A stretch of 64,000 nt of DNA from contig JAAOMT010000760.1 in assembly GCA_016748015.1 (NCBI GenBank), forward strand, positions 124,001 through 188,000, in the 5' to 3' direction. This stretch comes from Geosiphon pyriformis uo1 (taxonomy: Eukaryota > Fungi > Glomeromycota). The translations under genes were made by a program, and so were the position numbers. Below the pieces are notes generated by a model. That model ran no database searches. It saw only the letters and a program-made list of their open reading frames with translations, and had not been told where the DNA came from. This document shows, one piece after another, positions 63,130 to 64,000 of this stretch (position 1 is its first letter; each line of letters opens with the position of its first letter).

Positions 63130-64000
63130 AATAAATATGGTCTAACTATTACTTAGTACTTTAGAAAAAACTAAGTTTCAAACTAAATAAAGTTTATGTG
63201 TTTTCTATATATAACTAGCTACTTAAGTCAGTTTAAATTATACTATGCTGTTATTTTATAAGAAAACTTGTCCAAAGTAGATATTTTTTGAACAATATCA
63301 AACAAAATAAGACTATTAAAAAACCAATTTAATAAACCATTCAGCTGTTTTCATAAAACAGAATTTAACTTTAAAAGATTTAAATTCTTAGACTGCCATT
63401 AACTCATTAAATACTTTATCACTTATTTTAACTAGAATTTTAGAAACATCAGACATATCAATATTTTTTATGTTATACTCTGTTTTTAATACTACTATTT
63501 TTTTTCAGCTTATTAACAAATTTGCTAAAAGCACCCAAATACATTATAAGCTTATTGATCTTGTTTTTAAGCTTGTTGCTTAACACAAAATTACCCTTAA
63601 CAAATTGTTTAAAAGTAGTTACCAATGCACCAATAAACTTAATAATAAATTCAACCAAAGTTAACAACTTGGCCAAATTAGATACCAACTAAAACAGAAT
63701 CAAAAAATTATTTTTAACTTCAGAAAAAAAAATAAAAGTCACTAATAAAAAGAAATCAGAATAGCCCAAAGGAACAAACAATTTAACATAAAACAAACAT
63801 CTTAAAAGTTTTAAAAAAAAGAAGTAAAAAAATCATATAATCTACAGCCAAATAGTCTATTTTTTAACATCTGAAACAGCATCAACAACTGGAAGTTTTT
63901 TATTAAATATAACATTTTTTCAGTATACTAGTCTTAATAATAGCAGCATCCAAATTGACTGGAATCCAAACATAACCAAAACAAACCAGAAATAATAACC
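63130..64000 (-). mobile_element. 3' part of a second, heavily mutated ORF1-only element (runs off the window)
   Basis: Peptide LAKLLTLVEFIIKFIGALVTT resembles ILDLTALVKSVIKPISSLVMLVTT of the 32.4-kb element. The frame ends ..TA* (~63243; cf. DSA*) and is followed by a mutated 3' tail AAGTAGCTAGTTATATATAGAAAA. Confidence 0.65.

Overview
AT-rich eukaryotic (fungal) DNA with short GT-AG introns. The gene families (tyrosine-kinase-like kinase, F-box/LRR, expanded class-3 lipases) and the repeat-encoded peptides point to Glomeromycotina, probably Geosiphon pyriformis (from recall, not a search). The window has two halves. (1) 1-31.9 kb is genic: a two-TM protein carrying DEG/ENaC-like motifs in order, an OPT oligopeptide transporter, a non-RD TKL kinase, a GPI-anchored Ser/Thr-rich protein, an F-box/LRR protein, two Tc1 transposase relics, and four tandem class-3 lipase-like copies. 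The three complete copies lack the catalytic Ser, and all four have Arg at the catalytic His position. (2) After a ~100-nt poly(A) tract, 32-64 kb is retrotransposon DNA. It holds four full-length ~6.8 kb LINEs of different subfamilies (ORF1; ORF2 = APE-RT-RNase H-Zn finger) head-to-tail on the minus strand, bracketed by two ORF1-only elements. Three LINEs are flanked and separated by four copies of the same 11-nt site (TATAGTAAAAT), suggesting serial reuse of one target. All six elements end in a 3' RNA fold whose main stem changes sequence but keeps pairing. All four LINEs have an AUGA ORF1/ORF2 stop-start overlap.
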